Assembly (NCBI GenBank): GCA_965223325.1
Contig: CBDCWI010000001.1
Coordinates: 480,001-544,000, forward strand
Length of the DNA: 64,000 nucleotides
Direction: 5' to 3'
Origin: Candidatus Multivoradales bacterium
GTDB lineage: Bacteria; Acidobacteriota; Thermoanaerobaculia; Multivoradales; Multivoraceae
Below the pieces are notes generated by a model. The model made no database searches and was not told the origin of the DNA. It was given only the letters and a program-made list of their open reading frames with translations. A program made the position numbers and the translations under genes. Of the stretch, positions 49,036-61,032 are shown one piece after another. Positions within the stretch are counted from its first letter, which is position 1; every line of letters begins with the position of its first letter.

Positions 49036-49672
49036 TGGTCGGAAGCGGTCGCCGTCCCGTCGCGGCGAACACGCGCCCGCCGTGAATGTGCGGCGAACCC
49101 GCGAGGAACTGGAGCTCGAAGTTCTCTGAGCAGGCCTCGAGGGGCTCCCAGACCTTGCGGCGGAGATCGGCCCGCGCAACGAGCTCCACCCAGAGTGTCT
49201 GCGGAACGCGCTTCTCGGCCCAGACGTCCATGATCAGAAACTGACCCCCGGGACGCAAGAAACCGAACATCTTCTCGAAGACCGACTCCCAATCTGGCAG
49301 GACGCACAAACCGAGAAAGCTCACCACGTAGTCGACCTGACCCACACCAGAGGTGGTCGTCCTCAGGTGTTCTCGCTCGATCGTGCGCGCGTCAGCCTCG
49401 ATGAGCGCGACCTTCTCCTGCCACCCGCAACGCGCTACGCGACGCCGGGCACGCGCGAGCATGCCGGCCGATCCATCGATTCCGATGATCCGTGCCTCGT
49501 CGCCGAGCCTTTCGAGCAACTGAGGAAAGGCCTGACCAGTTCCGCAAGGTAGATCGAGCACGGTTGTCCCGACACCAGGGTCGAGACGGGTAACAGCCTT
49601 GTCGCGGTACGACCGGTAAACGCGCTCGGTTGCCAGGTCGTAGCCATGCGAAAAGTATTCGTACCAGCCCAT
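49025..49672 (-). CDS. Class I SAM-dependent methyltransferase
   Basis: VLDLPCGTG, GIDGSAGML, EADA, LRPGG. Confidence 0.9.
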   Translation of the reverse strand: MGWYEYFSHGYDLATERVYRSYRDKAVTRLDPGVGTTVLDLPCGTGQAFPQLLERLGDEARIIGIDGSAGMLARARRRVARCGWQEKVALIEADARTIEREHLRTTTSGVGQVDYVVSFLGLCVLPDWESVFEKMFGFLRPGGQFLIMDVWAEKRVPQTLWVELVARADLRRKVWEPLEACSENFELQFLAGSPHIHGGRVFAATGRRPLPTSST

Positions 49673-49788
49673 CGCCAGATCATCTCCTGTTCCATCTCCT
49701 TGACCGAGCCACGCTTGCTCGAGGTCTCCCCCGCTGGAAGAATTCAGCCACTCTCACCCGAGGGTAACTGAGCGCCGGGCTCAGATCC

Positions 49789-51144
49789 TTGGATCCGAGA
49801 AACGATTTGACCACCACCAATCTACAAAGAATGCGCTTGCCGGGTTGCCTGAGCGTGCCCATCCTGGTTCTCCTCCTGGCCGGACTGGTCGTCCTCGCCG
49901 TTTCGCCGGGCTTGATCCTCAAGCGGGCACGAGAGGATGTTCGTGATGTTCCGCTGGCGAGTTGGGAGTCGCCGTACCCAACCAATGAGCCCTCGCGGGC
50001 CGAAGCGCCGAAGGCGTCTCCGAAGTTCCCGAGCGACCGCATGAGCGCCGAAGAGGCGCCCGACTTCGAGCCCGATCCGCGCTGGGTCCCGTCCGGAGCC
50101 CTCGCTGGCGGGAAAGGTATCTCCCGGGTCGTAACCCTACCGACCAGGTCGGGCAGCGGCTTCAGACTCACGATCGAGTACGAGAACGAGCATTTGCTCG
50201 AAGTTCGTGATCCCAAGCCCGACAGCTTCCAGCAACCCCTCGCCTACGACAACTACCGCACCAACCGGCCAACCGGACTCGTTCGCGTCGAGGGGCTCGA
50301 AGAGAGCGAGGGCGAGCGCCTCGCCTTTGCCGTCCGTTGGCGAAGTGGCAAAGGCGAGACCTATCTCATCCAGAGTCATGACTCTCGCGCTCGCTCGGAC
50401 GAGCGAATCTGCCCGTGGTTACGGGAGCGGAGAAAGAGTCACCCCGAACCTGGGCGCCGCTGGCCGCTCCTCAGTGACGCGGCGGCATTGCTGTGCGGTG
50501 CGCGCCGCGTAGGCAACGGCGTCTACGACCTCCGTGCAACGATCGACTTCACCGCCAACCTGGCTGCCGACCCGAAGAAGGCCCTACCGCCCGCCGAGGC
50601 CCTGCCGCCCTATCGAGGGTCTCCAGCTGAGGCCCCACCACGGCCACCGCCACCCGCCGAGGCGCCTGTTGCGAACGCTGGAGACGCGCGCCCCTGGCTC
50701 TTGATCGCGACGCTCTACTCTGGTCGTTCTGGGACCAGCCCAACCGTGAGAATCGAAACCCGCGTCGGCGACCTGGTCATCGACGACCTGGAAGGCGATG
50801 GGGCCGGACCAAAGCTGCGACGCTTCGAGCCCTACGATCAATTGACAGGCCGATTCATCGTGCAGGGAACAGCCCCTGGAGAGTCAGGCCAGCCGCACGG
50901 AGTGGCGCTCGGCGCCATGTGGCTCGATCAGCAGGTCGCGGTACGGATGTTGAAGAGCCAGGGCCTTCCCAACCGGCCCTATCTCTGTGCGCAGCCGGCG
51001 ATCGACTTCGATGAGCAGCTCCTGAGGTCTCCGGACGTGGACACCCTGGCGACCCTTCTCTGCGCCAGTCAGTTCTTCCCCGACGGCGAGTACGACCTGA
51101 GTGCGCTCCCGCAGTTTGGAGTCTCTGGTGCGGGGACGCCCTGA
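49789..51144 (+). CDS. Membrane-anchored hypothetical protein with two repeated unknown domains
   Basis: N-terminal TM; domains ending LLCGARRVGNGVYDLRA and LLCASQFFPDGEYDLSA, Pro-rich linker. Confidence 0.65.
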   Translation: MDPRNDLTTTNLQRMRLPGCLSVPILVLLLAGLVVLAVSPGLILKRAREDVRDVPLASWESPYPTNEPSRAEAPKASPKFPSDRMSAEEAPDFEPDPRWVPSGALAGGKGISRVVTLPTRSGSGFRLTIEYENEHLLEVRDPKPDSFQQPLAYDNYRTNRPTGLVRVEGLEESEGERLAFAVRWRSGKGETYLIQSHDSRARSDERICPWLRERRKSHPEPGRRWPLLSDAAALLCGARRVGNGVYDLRATIDFTANLAADPKKALPPAEALPPYRGSPAEAPPRPPPPAEAPVANAGDARPWLLIATLYSGRSGTSPTVRIETRVGDLVIDDLEGDGAGPKLRRFEPYDQLTGRFIVQGTAPGESGQPHGVALGAMWLDQQVAVRMLKSQGLPNRPYLCAQPAIDFDEQLLRSPDVDTLATLLCASQFFPDGEYDLSALPQFGVSGAGTP

Positions 51145-51171
51145 TCAAGCGATCCGCTAGAGTGCGTTTCC

Positions 51172-52800
<1,629 letters not shown>

Positions 52801-52834
52801 AGTCCCGACGGCTCAGTTTGAAAGGAGTGGCGCA

Positions 52835-54958
52835 ATGACAGTGGCCGGGGGCACGCTTAGAAAGCACACCTTCTGTCGAGTCTGTGAACCGGCCTGCGGC
52901 CTGGTGGCGACGGTCGAAGACGGCGAGTTGGTCAAGCTGCGCCCAGACAAAGACCACCCGGTCACGCGCGGATTTGCCTGCCACAAAGGCCTCGCCGGCC
53001 TGGACATCCATCACGATCCGGACCGCGTCAACCATCCCCTGAAGCGCACCGCCAACGGCACCTTCGAGCGCATTTCGTGGGAGCAAGCGCTGGCGGAGAT
53101 CAGCGAGCGACTGCGCACCATCGTCGACACCTCGGGGCCGGAAGCGGTCACCGCCTATGTGGGCAACCCCTCGGCGTTCAACTCCCTGGCCCGGCCTGCG
53201 ATCTCGCGCTTTCTCGGCAGTCTCGGAGTGCGTGAGACCTTCACCTCCGGCACCCAGGACTGTATGAACAAGTTCGCCGGCAGCGAGGCAGTCTTCGGCT
53301 CGAGCACCATCCACCCGATCCCCGACCTCGAGCACACTGACTATCTACTCATCCTGGGAGAGAACCCGGCCGTCTCGCACATGAGCTTTTTGGGTATCGC
53401 CGATCCGATGGCGGCTCTGCGGCGCGCGAAGCGGCGCGGTGCGACGATCCGCTTCGTCGATCCTCGGCGACATGAGTCGGCGAGGCCTTCGGTTGGTGAC
53501 GTCATCCGAATCAAGCCCGACACCGACCTCTACTTTCTGGCAGCCGTCATCGGAGAGATCGATCGCACCGCGGGGTTCGACAAAGAAGCGATCGAGAAAC
53601 ACGGCGCCAACATCGACCAGCTGCGCGAGTTCATCGCCCGCTTTCCGGTCGAGCGGGCCAGCCGCATCACCGGTATCGAAGCAGACGAGATCCGGCGCGT
53701 CGCGGCAGGGTTCGCAGCCGCGCCGCGTGCGTCGGTTCACATGTCAACCGGCGTCAACATGGGGCGCCAAGGGACGCTCTGCTACTGGCTCCTCCACATG
53801 CTGAGCTTTGCAACCGGCAACCTCGACCGGCGCGGCGGCAACGTACTCTCGGAGGGTTTCTACCTGAGCGCCAAAGCCGGCCGCGCCGACGCCTCGAAGA
53901 ACCGGCGCACCACCCGCTGGGGCGAGCTGCGCAACGGTCCACTGCCGGGCAACTTGATGGCGGAGGCGATCCTCGACTCCGAACAGCCGATGCGAGCGAT
54001 GTTCGTCGTCGCCGGCAACCCGGTGCTCTCGATCGCCGGCGAGGAAGAGCTACAACGCGCCTTTCTATCGCTCGAGCTCCTGGTGTGCGTCGACATTTAT
54101 CGCAGCGCAACGGGTGAGCTGGCGGACTATGTCCTGCCCTCTACCGACATGTTCGAACGTCCTGACATCACACTCGCGGGCCTCGGCCTTCAACACCAGC
54201 CTTACGCGCAGTGGACCGATCGCGTGGTCGCACCGCGTGCGGAGCGGCGCGAAGAGTGGTGGATTTTCGAGGCCCTGGCGCAAGCGATGGGGCTGGACTC
54301 TCTCCTCGATCTTTCTGAGGAAGAGCAAGAAAGACGGCTCTGGGGCCGCTTCGAGCACATGCTCACAACCCGCGGCCAGAGCCTCGAGGCGCTCTACACC
54401 CCGCCACACTGTGTGACCTACGGTGACCACCAGCCGGGGCGCTTCTTCACCCAGCACATCCAGACCGAAACTGCGAAGGTCGACTGCTGCCCTCCGGTCT
54501 TCGAAGAGGCTCTAAAGCGCGCTCGGAACATTGCCAGAGAGCTCGAAGAGCGCCCCGAAGACGTACTCCTCCTGATCACGCGACGCGACAAGTACAGCCA
54601 CAACAGCTGGTACGCCAACCTGCCAAAGCTCCGCCCTGACAACCACAACACCACCTACCTCTACATCCACCCTGTCGATGCAAGTGAACGCGGACTCAGC
54701 GAGGGAGCGCTGGCGAAAGTCGAGAACAGCGGCGGCAAGATCACTGCGACGGTTCGCTTCGACGACGACCTGATGCGGGGCGTGGTTGCAGTGCCCCACG
54801 GTTGGGGGCACCAGAAGGCCCCCGGCATGCGCGTCGCCAGCCAGTTTCCAGGTGACAACGTGAACCGCCTGCTTCCGCGTGGCCCCGACAGCTTCGAACC
54901 TCTCTCGAGCCAGGCACACATGACCGGCATCGAGGTCGCGGTATCAGCAACAACCTAA
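52835..54958 (+). CDS. Stand-alone molybdopterin (DMSO reductase family) oxidoreductase
   Basis: CRVCEPACG..CHKG 4Fe-4S motif, GENPAVSH, ADYVLP, C-terminal molydop-binding domain; no Tat signal. Confidence 0.88.
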   Translation: MTVAGGTLRKHTFCRVCEPACGLVATVEDGELVKLRPDKDHPVTRGFACHKGLAGLDIHHDPDRVNHPLKRTANGTFERISWEQALAEISERLRTIVDTSGPEAVTAYVGNPSAFNSLARPAISRFLGSLGVRETFTSGTQDCMNKFAGSEAVFGSSTIHPIPDLEHTDYLLILGENPAVSHMSFLGIADPMAALRRAKRRGATIRFVDPRRHESARPSVGDVIRIKPDTDLYFLAAVIGEIDRTAGFDKEAIEKHGANIDQLREFIARFPVERASRITGIEADEIRRVAAGFAAAPRASVHMSTGVNMGRQGTLCYWLLHMLSFATGNLDRRGGNVLSEGFYLSAKAGRADASKNRRTTRWGELRNGPLPGNLMAEAILDSEQPMRAMFVVAGNPVLSIAGEEELQRAFLSLELLVCVDIYRSATGELADYVLPSTDMFERPDITLAGLGLQHQPYAQWTDRVVAPRAERREEWWIFEALAQAMGLDSLLDLSEEEQERRLWGRFEHMLTTRGQSLEALYTPPHCVTYGDHQPGRFFTQHIQTETAKVDCCPPVFEEALKRARNIARELEERPEDVLLLITRRDKYSHNSWYANLPKLRPDNHNTTYLYIHPVDASERGLSEGALAKVENSGGKITATVRFDDDLMRGVVAVPHGWGHQKAPGMRVASQFPGDNVNRLLPRGPDSFEPLSSQAHMTGIEVAVSATT

Positions 54959-54978
54959 ACCTCCCGAGGAACAGCCGC

Positions 54979-56256
54979 ATGATGCACTCAACGACTCTTC
55001 TGATGGCTCTTCTCCTGGCCCTTCCAGGAGCAGCCGACGACAGCGCCAACCGTGACTGGCCCGAGTGGCGCGGCCCCGAACAAAACGGCGTGGCCTCCGT
55101 GGGTGAGCCGCTCCCCGCATCTCTGGCTCCGGACGCGGCGCGCTGGACGACCAACATTCCCGGCGAGAGTACGTCGACCCCGATTGTCGTGGGTAACCAG
55201 ATCATCCTGACGTCGCAACTCGGCACCGCGCCGCTCGCCCAGGCTCGCGACGGTGAACCGCGCATGGGAGACGACGAAGTCACCTTTGTGGTGCTAGCCC
55301 TCGCCCTGGAAGACGGCCGCGAGCTGTGGCGCTACTCCTTGCGCTCGGACGGGGTCCTGCCTTCGGTGCACGTCAAACACAATCTCGCCAGCCCCAGCGT
55401 GGTCTCGGACGGTGAGCGCCTGATTGCCTGGTTTGGCACCGGCCAGCTGGTCAGCTTGACGCTTTCCGGTGAGCTCGAATGGCAGCGCCACCTCGGGCGG
55501 GAGATCGGGCCATTCGAAGTGCGCTGGGCGCACGGTAGTTCACCAGCGCTCGACGCCGACCGCATCTTCCTGCTTTGCGACCACGCGCCGCAGAGCTACC
55601 TGCTGGCGGTGGACAAGACCTCGGGTGAAACCTTGTGGAAGGCCGATCGCGGAAGCGGCAAACGGTCCTATTCGACGCCGCTGGTGATTCCACGCGGCGA
55701 TAGCACCGCGGTCATCATCAACTCCAATGAGGCGATCGAAGCCTACGACCCACAAAGCGGCGAGGTGTTGTGGAAGGTCGGGCAGCCCATCCGCGTCCCG
55801 GTGTCGACCCCGGTGTGGCACGACGGCATCCTCTACAGCAGTCGCGGCTATCGCAGCGGCCCCTACCTGGCGGTGCGTACCGGCGGTTCAGGCGACGTCT
55901 CAGACAGTCACCTCCTGTGGAGAAACAAGACTGGGGCGCCGTACGTCTCGTCACTGCTCTACTACGACGGGCTGGTCTACATGGCAACCGAAACCGGAGT
56001 CGCCTCGGCGATCGACGCGGCGAACGGGGAACTGGTCTGGCGAGAGCGACTCGGCGGTGACTTCTCTGCCTCACCCTTCGCCGCAGACGGCAAGATCGTG
56101 CTCGCCAACGAAGAAGGCGAACTGTTCGTGATCAAGGCTGGGCGAGAGTACGAACTCCTCTCGAAGACCGAGTACCCCGAGCGCATCATGGCCTCACCTG
56201 TGCACGCCGGAGGCACCTATCTGATTCGCACCGACTCGAAGCTCTACGCCTTCTGA
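54979..56256 (+). CDS. Secreted PQQ-like beta-propeller protein
   Basis: DWPEWRGP, repeated G...W motifs, SSP/STP repeats. Confidence 0.88.
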   Translation: MMHSTTLLMALLLALPGAADDSANRDWPEWRGPEQNGVASVGEPLPASLAPDAARWTTNIPGESTSTPIVVGNQIILTSQLGTAPLAQARDGEPRMGDDEVTFVVLALALEDGRELWRYSLRSDGVLPSVHVKHNLASPSVVSDGERLIAWFGTGQLVSLTLSGELEWQRHLGREIGPFEVRWAHGSSPALDADRIFLLCDHAPQSYLLAVDKTSGETLWKADRGSGKRSYSTPLVIPRGDSTAVIINSNEAIEAYDPQSGEVLWKVGQPIRVPVSTPVWHDGILYSSRGYRSGPYLAVRTGGSGDVSDSHLLWRNKTGAPYVSSLLYYDGLVYMATETGVASAIDAANGELVWRERLGGDFSASPFAADGKIVLANEEGELFVIKAGREYELLSKTEYPERIMASPVHAGGTYLIRTDSKLYAF

Positions 56257-57200
56257 GCGCGGGCTCGAACGACGCGGTCAGACCAGCCCACCGAAAACGC
56301 TGTTGCGGGGTCGACGACCACCTCGGTGAGCGGCCCCCAGCCGCGGCGCATGATCGATCCGGCAGTCTCCCGAGCGATGCCGGCGCTGGCCGCCGCTACG
56401 TGCGCTCTTCGGACGAGGACGTTCTCGAGCCGTGTCTCCTCGCCTTCGAAGTAGAGGTCGCGGGCGCCGAAAAGGTGCAGGATTTCGTGGGCAACGACCT
56501 GCGCCTCACTGTTCTCGGCGCAGACACAGTATTCGCGCGCGCCGTTGTGCCGCGCCTGGCGGGCATAAGAGCGGTGCTCGACATGGCTGAGGACCACCAG
56601 GAAGAACTCGCGACCCGGCCGAGCACTCCAGATGGGGAGCCGCATCAGCTTCTCATCGAGCAGCCTCAACTGTCGGGGCGAGGGCAGGTCGTCGGCGCGC
56701 CGGGCCTGTAGTTTGCGAAAGGGAACAACGAGCGGTTCACCGGCCGACTGAAAGCGCAGCTGCCGTCCATAGCGCTCGGCTTCCCGAGTGAGGTAGCCAA
56801 GCCCCTCGGCCAGCCGCTCCAGCTTCTCGGTTTCGTCGGCCACACATCTGTTGCGGCCGACCAAGAAGACGACACGGTAGTCGATCTCGCCGACCAACCG
56901 TCCGGCGGTCCCGACGTCGCGGCGGGCGCCGAAGAACGCGTCGAGATAGCTCTGTTGCATCCAGCGATAGGTGAGCCAGCCCCAGGCGGGGAGGCTCACC
57001 ACGAGCGCTGCGAGAGCCACCGGCCACCCCACGGAGACAGCGAGAGCGAGACTCGCCACCACGAAAGCGACGAGCTGTCGACGTACCCGGCGCTGCCGGC
57101 GCCCCTGGCCCGCGGCGCCGAAGACCTCGAGCTCGCTCGCCTGCAGCTCGCGGTGGACACGATCAAAGGGCGACTCTGACTTTGGGTGAGAGGTCGTCAT
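56244..57200 (-). CDS. Membrane-anchored putative zinc metallopeptidase
   Basis: Two N-terminal TM helices; AHEILHLFGARDLY (HExxHxxGxxD). Confidence 0.65.
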   Translation of the reverse strand: MTTSHPKSESPFDRVHRELQASELEVFGAAGQGRRQRRVRRQLVAFVVASLALAVSVGWPVALAALVVSLPAWGWLTYRWMQQSYLDAFFGARRDVGTAGRLVGEIDYRVVFLVGRNRCVADETEKLERLAEGLGYLTREAERYGRQLRFQSAGEPLVVPFRKLQARRADDLPSPRQLRLLDEKLMRLPIWSARPGREFFLVVLSHVEHRSYARQARHNGAREYCVCAENSEAQVVAHEILHLFGARDLYFEGEETRLENVLVRRAHVAAASAGIARETAGSIMRRGWGPLTEVVVDPATAFSVGWSDRVVRARAQKA

Positions 57201-57404
57201 CGGCTGGTGTACGGGCCGGAAAAGAGGGCCATTCGGATCGGGAGAGACTAGAAAAAAAGGTTTTTGGGGCTACTGAGCCCGAAAAGGAGGCGAGCTGTAA
57301 CAAACCGTCTCCATCTCGGAAGGAGTTTCTACGCGCGCCGATTCTCCGCAACAGCGCGGCGTTCGGAGCCCTTCACCCGCCGAAGTTTCCTGGAGCCACT
57401 TCTC

Positions 57405-59021
57405 ATGTTCTCGATTCAAAACCCCGGCCTTTCTTCGATCACACGAGTCGGCATCACATGCCTTCTTTCGGTCCCGTTCGCTTTCTTGATCGCGTCGCCA
57501 GCAACGGCCCACGAGAACTCGAGCACCTCGCGTCAGGCACACCTGGACGGCCTGGTCGACTTTCGCGTCGTCCATGCCGGTAAGGGCTCCGGCTCGATCA
57601 CCGAGACCCGCAACGGCTCCACCGAAAGGACCAACGACCGTCCCTTCACGTCGCCGCACAGCAACATCTCGGGCGCGACCAGCACCGGCTCAGTGGTCAG
57701 CGACCTGGCCTTCGCCGTCGGTCGCCGTCACATCGTGCAGGGCGTCACCAGTGCCGGCGGCACAGCGCCTACGTTCCGTATCTACTCGAAGGAGAACAAG
57801 ACGTTGATCGCGGTCCTCGAGATGGACGATCTGGCGATTTCGAACGCCTGCCTCCAGGACTCTGCTGGCACACCCCTGGCGGCCTACGACCACCTTCGCG
57901 ATCGCTTCGTACTGGCCACGATGGCGCGTGGCTTCAAGATCTGCCTGTTCGCGGCAGAGGACGCCAGCCCGGTCACCACGCGCTGGTTCAACTACACCCT
58001 CGAGACGGAAGCAGAAGATTTCACCCTGCCCCGCATGACGGTGTGGGACAACGCGGTGGTGATCAGTACCGGCACGCCCGACCCGACGGTCTACATCCTC
58101 GAAACAGCCCAGGCAATCCGTGGCGAGCCCATGTCGTGGTTCGACTTGAGCTGGCCCGACGTGCCGGGAATGGCAGGCACCTGGGGCGCGCTGTTCACCG
58201 TTTCGAACCTCACCGGCGACACGGCCGATGGTCGCAACATGACTCTCGTGCGCATCATCGACGAAGAGCTCACGCCCCACGACAGGCACGAAAACTATGA
58301 CCTGCTCGAGGTCGTCGACGTGCGCGCCAACTGGCACGACGGAAGCGTCAGCTACTCGAACCCCTACCGCATCAAGACCTACGAGTTCCGCTCGAAGCTC
58401 TGCGACGCCAACGGGCAGTGCGTTCTCCAACCACACGGCGAGCCGCTGTATGCCAACGAGCGCGTCCTCTCGGAGCTTTCCTACCGCCGCTTCAGCCATC
58501 ACGAGAGTCTTGTAGGTTCGTTCACCGTCGACTGGAGTGCTGGCTACGATCTACCCGGCATTCGTTTCTTCGAGTTGCGTCGCGAATCCCCCACGGCAGA
58601 CTGGGAGCTACACTTCGAGGGTATCCACAACAGCCAGGAGAAGGACCGCTTTCTATCGTCGATCGCCTTGGACCAGTACGGCAACCTGGCGATGGCCTAC
58701 GTCGAGAGCGGCCTCCAGTCGTATCCGAGCCTGGCGTACGCCGGCTGGCAAAAATCGTCCCAGCTGGGTTATGCCTTCGTAGGCAACCGCACGATCGGAG
58801 CCGGCGGCCAACCATCGCCTACGCCCTGGTTCGGGCGCTTCACCCACCTCGAGGTCGACCCGATCGACCAGTGCCTCTTCTGGGTGACCGGCCAGTACCA
58901 GAAGAACCAGAACTGGGCGACACGCATCGCTTCGTTCAAGCACCCGCAGTGCAAGCGCGAGATCTTCGCCAGCGACTTCGAGAGCGGCATCGCGGGCTGG
59001 TCGGGGGGTATGGGCCGCTAG
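57405..59021 (+). CDS. Secreted putative beta-propeller protein (paralog of 24382-26037) with FASDFE tail
   Basis: Signal peptide; AVGRRHIVQ, YDHLRDRF, IRFFELR, SIALDQYGN, DPIDQCLFW; ends IFASDFESGIAGWS. Confidence 0.72.
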   Translation: MFSIQNPGLSSITRVGITCLLSVPFAFLIASPATAHENSSTSRQAHLDGLVDFRVVHAGKGSGSITETRNGSTERTNDRPFTSPHSNISGATSTGSVVSDLAFAVGRRHIVQGVTSAGGTAPTFRIYSKENKTLIAVLEMDDLAISNACLQDSAGTPLAAYDHLRDRFVLATMARGFKICLFAAEDASPVTTRWFNYTLETEAEDFTLPRMTVWDNAVVISTGTPDPTVYILETAQAIRGEPMSWFDLSWPDVPGMAGTWGALFTVSNLTGDTADGRNMTLVRIIDEELTPHDRHENYDLLEVVDVRANWHDGSVSYSNPYRIKTYEFRSKLCDANGQCVLQPHGEPLYANERVLSELSYRRFSHHESLVGSFTVDWSAGYDLPGIRFFELRRESPTADWELHFEGIHNSQEKDRFLSSIALDQYGNLAMAYVESGLQSYPSLAYAGWQKSSQLGYAFVGNRTIGAGGQPSPTPWFGRFTHLEVDPIDQCLFWVTGQYQKNQNWATRIASFKHPQCKREIFASDFESGIAGWSGGMGR

Positions 59022-59183
59022 TACCCCGTACCATTGAAACGGATGGTGGCTGAGCGGATGATCGTGCTCGAGATCAAGGCGTCACGACGCAGGCATATTG
59101 GTGATCTGTCGAGGAGTGACAACACAGAGATCGAGCGCGAGGACCGCGCAGACGCTGTGCGTTTCAATGGTACGGGGTACTAG
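59018..59183. mobile_element. MITE-like element: 24-bp perfect inverted repeats including flanking CTAG
   Basis: CTAGTACCCCGTACCATTGAAACG (59018-59041) and CGTTTCAATGGTACGGGGTACTAG (59160-59183); no coding capacity. Confidence 0.85.
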
Positions 59184-59267
59184 GAGCGCGCGCCTTTCTC
59201 AGGGTTTGTCAGGCCGCGTTGCAACCAACGGCAGCGTCGCCTCGTCATGACAGAGAGAGGTACCGCC

Positions 59268-60972
59268 CCTGGAAACCACGAGAACCACACTCCGCCCGAC
59301 GCTCGAGCTCTACGGCAAGCGGCTGCAAACGCCCGGCGCGCGATTCTGGATCTTGTGTGCTACCGCGCTGGTCGTGGTGATGGCAACCGCTGAGGCGGCG
59401 GCGTGGGGTCTACGTCGCCTCCTTCCTTGCCCAGGACCAGGCCACCCGGGTGGTGGCCGCGCTCACCGTCGCCCTGTCGGTCTTCGCCGTCATCTGGATT
59501 CTCGACGCCACCTTCCTGACCCTCGACACCAAGCGAGCACACTACGACGAAGCTCTGCGACCGGAGGCCCCCGCGAACGCGACCTTCGAGCGAGCTCGCT
59601 TCTGGGCCGGCCTCCTGGGCCGACTGGGCCTGGTCCTCGGCTCGCTCTACCTCTCGGCGCCGTTCGTCGCGCAGTGGTCTTCCGGACTGACGTGGATTCT
59701 CGGATCGCGGCTCAGAACTCCGAGCAGATCGCTACACAGCGAACGGTTCTGGCGCAGGGTTTCGAATCAGAGATCGAGGCGATCAAGGCGCTCAGCCGCG
59801 ACGTCGAGCGCCAGCGCATTGCCGAGGCCGCCGGCCTGGGACCCTCCGGGCGTTATGGGCGCGGGCCGGCCGTCCGAACGATCGAACTGCGCCTCGAAGA
59901 ACTCCGCCAGGAGACCGAAGAACGCCGGAGAGCCCGCGAACAGGCCCTCGCCGAGTACGACCGACTCACTCCTCGAGAGGCGGATCAGCGCTACGGCCTG
60001 GGCCTCTCGGGAAACGGACTGAGGGCCCGCGGTGTCGTCCTCGACGAGATTCTCGAGGAGGACTCCCACCGCCACGCCGAAACAGCCATTCGCGCCTTCC
60101 TGGCCTTCCTGTTCCTCGCTCTCGTCATCCTGAAGCTCTTTCAGCCTCGGAGCGTCGAGATCTACTTCAGCGAACAGCTGCAGAGCCTCTACGATCGCTA
60201 TCTCGCCGGCGCCTTCGATGGGTTGCTTCCCGATCTCGAGCGCTCGAGCGGCCCTCTTCCAATGGACGCACTTTGTTTCGAGGCATGGTGCCTCAGCACC
60301 TACGGCACTCAACGCATCGACGAGAGCGAGCAGCATTCCCGAGCCAGGAGGGCCGCACGGCACGAGGAGCGGATCGCGTCACTGCGCCGGGTCGCCCAGG
60401 ACACAAGCAACGAGCTCGAGCCGCTCAGACAGCGACGCAGAAAGCGCAACACCAGAATCGGCGAGCTCGGCGTCGAGCTCGAACGCCTCACTCGCGAGGT
60501 CGAAGAAGGCCACCGGAGGCTCGAGCGGCAGTGTCGGCGACTTGCCGCGATCGAAGACACGCTTCGAAACGGCGAACTCAACGACAACGCCTTCCAGTCC
60601 GCCGCCCGCATCCGCCAGGAGATCGTGGAAGCCAGCGACGAGCTCGCCAGGAGCCTACGCAGTCTGCAATCCGAAGAGGCCCGCCTGGCGCGTGAACGGG
60701 AGAGTCTGATCTCGCAACAGAGCGACCTCGAGCAGGAGCTTGCCGGAGGCCAGAGCCTGCTCCATGAGATCGAGTCGAGAATCCGAAGCGCCCGCCAGGA
60801 CTGGATCGATCGGGAAGCCCCCGAGCTCGCGGGAGCGCGAGAGCCGAATGCCAGTGACGGCGCTCGCGGTCTGGCCCAGAACGGCCCGATCGGCCCGGTG
60901 GCGTTGGAGCGAGATTCTCGACTTTCCATGCAACCGAGACCACGGCAGACTGGTATGGACCACAGAGAGTGA
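59268..60972 (+). CDS. DUF4407-like membrane/coiled-coil protein with two compensating frameshifts (~59408, ~59674)
   Basis: TM segments split between ORFs 59353 and 59450; EAAGLGPSGRYGRGP motif; long coiled coil; start uncertain. Confidence 0.62.
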
Positions 60973-61032
60973 TCGCCGCTTGCCGAAAGAACCGCCTTCT
61001 CGGGCCTTCTCGAAACGACCACATCCGCACCG

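Noticed and set aside
48722-49050. Diversity-generating retroelement TR/VR pair
   Set aside because: Differences are not adenine-specific, include indels, and no reverse transcriptase is in the window
59018-59183. CRISPR repeat (ends in ATTGAAAC)
   Set aside because: Only two copies, inverted rather than direct, 118 bp apart, and no cas genes
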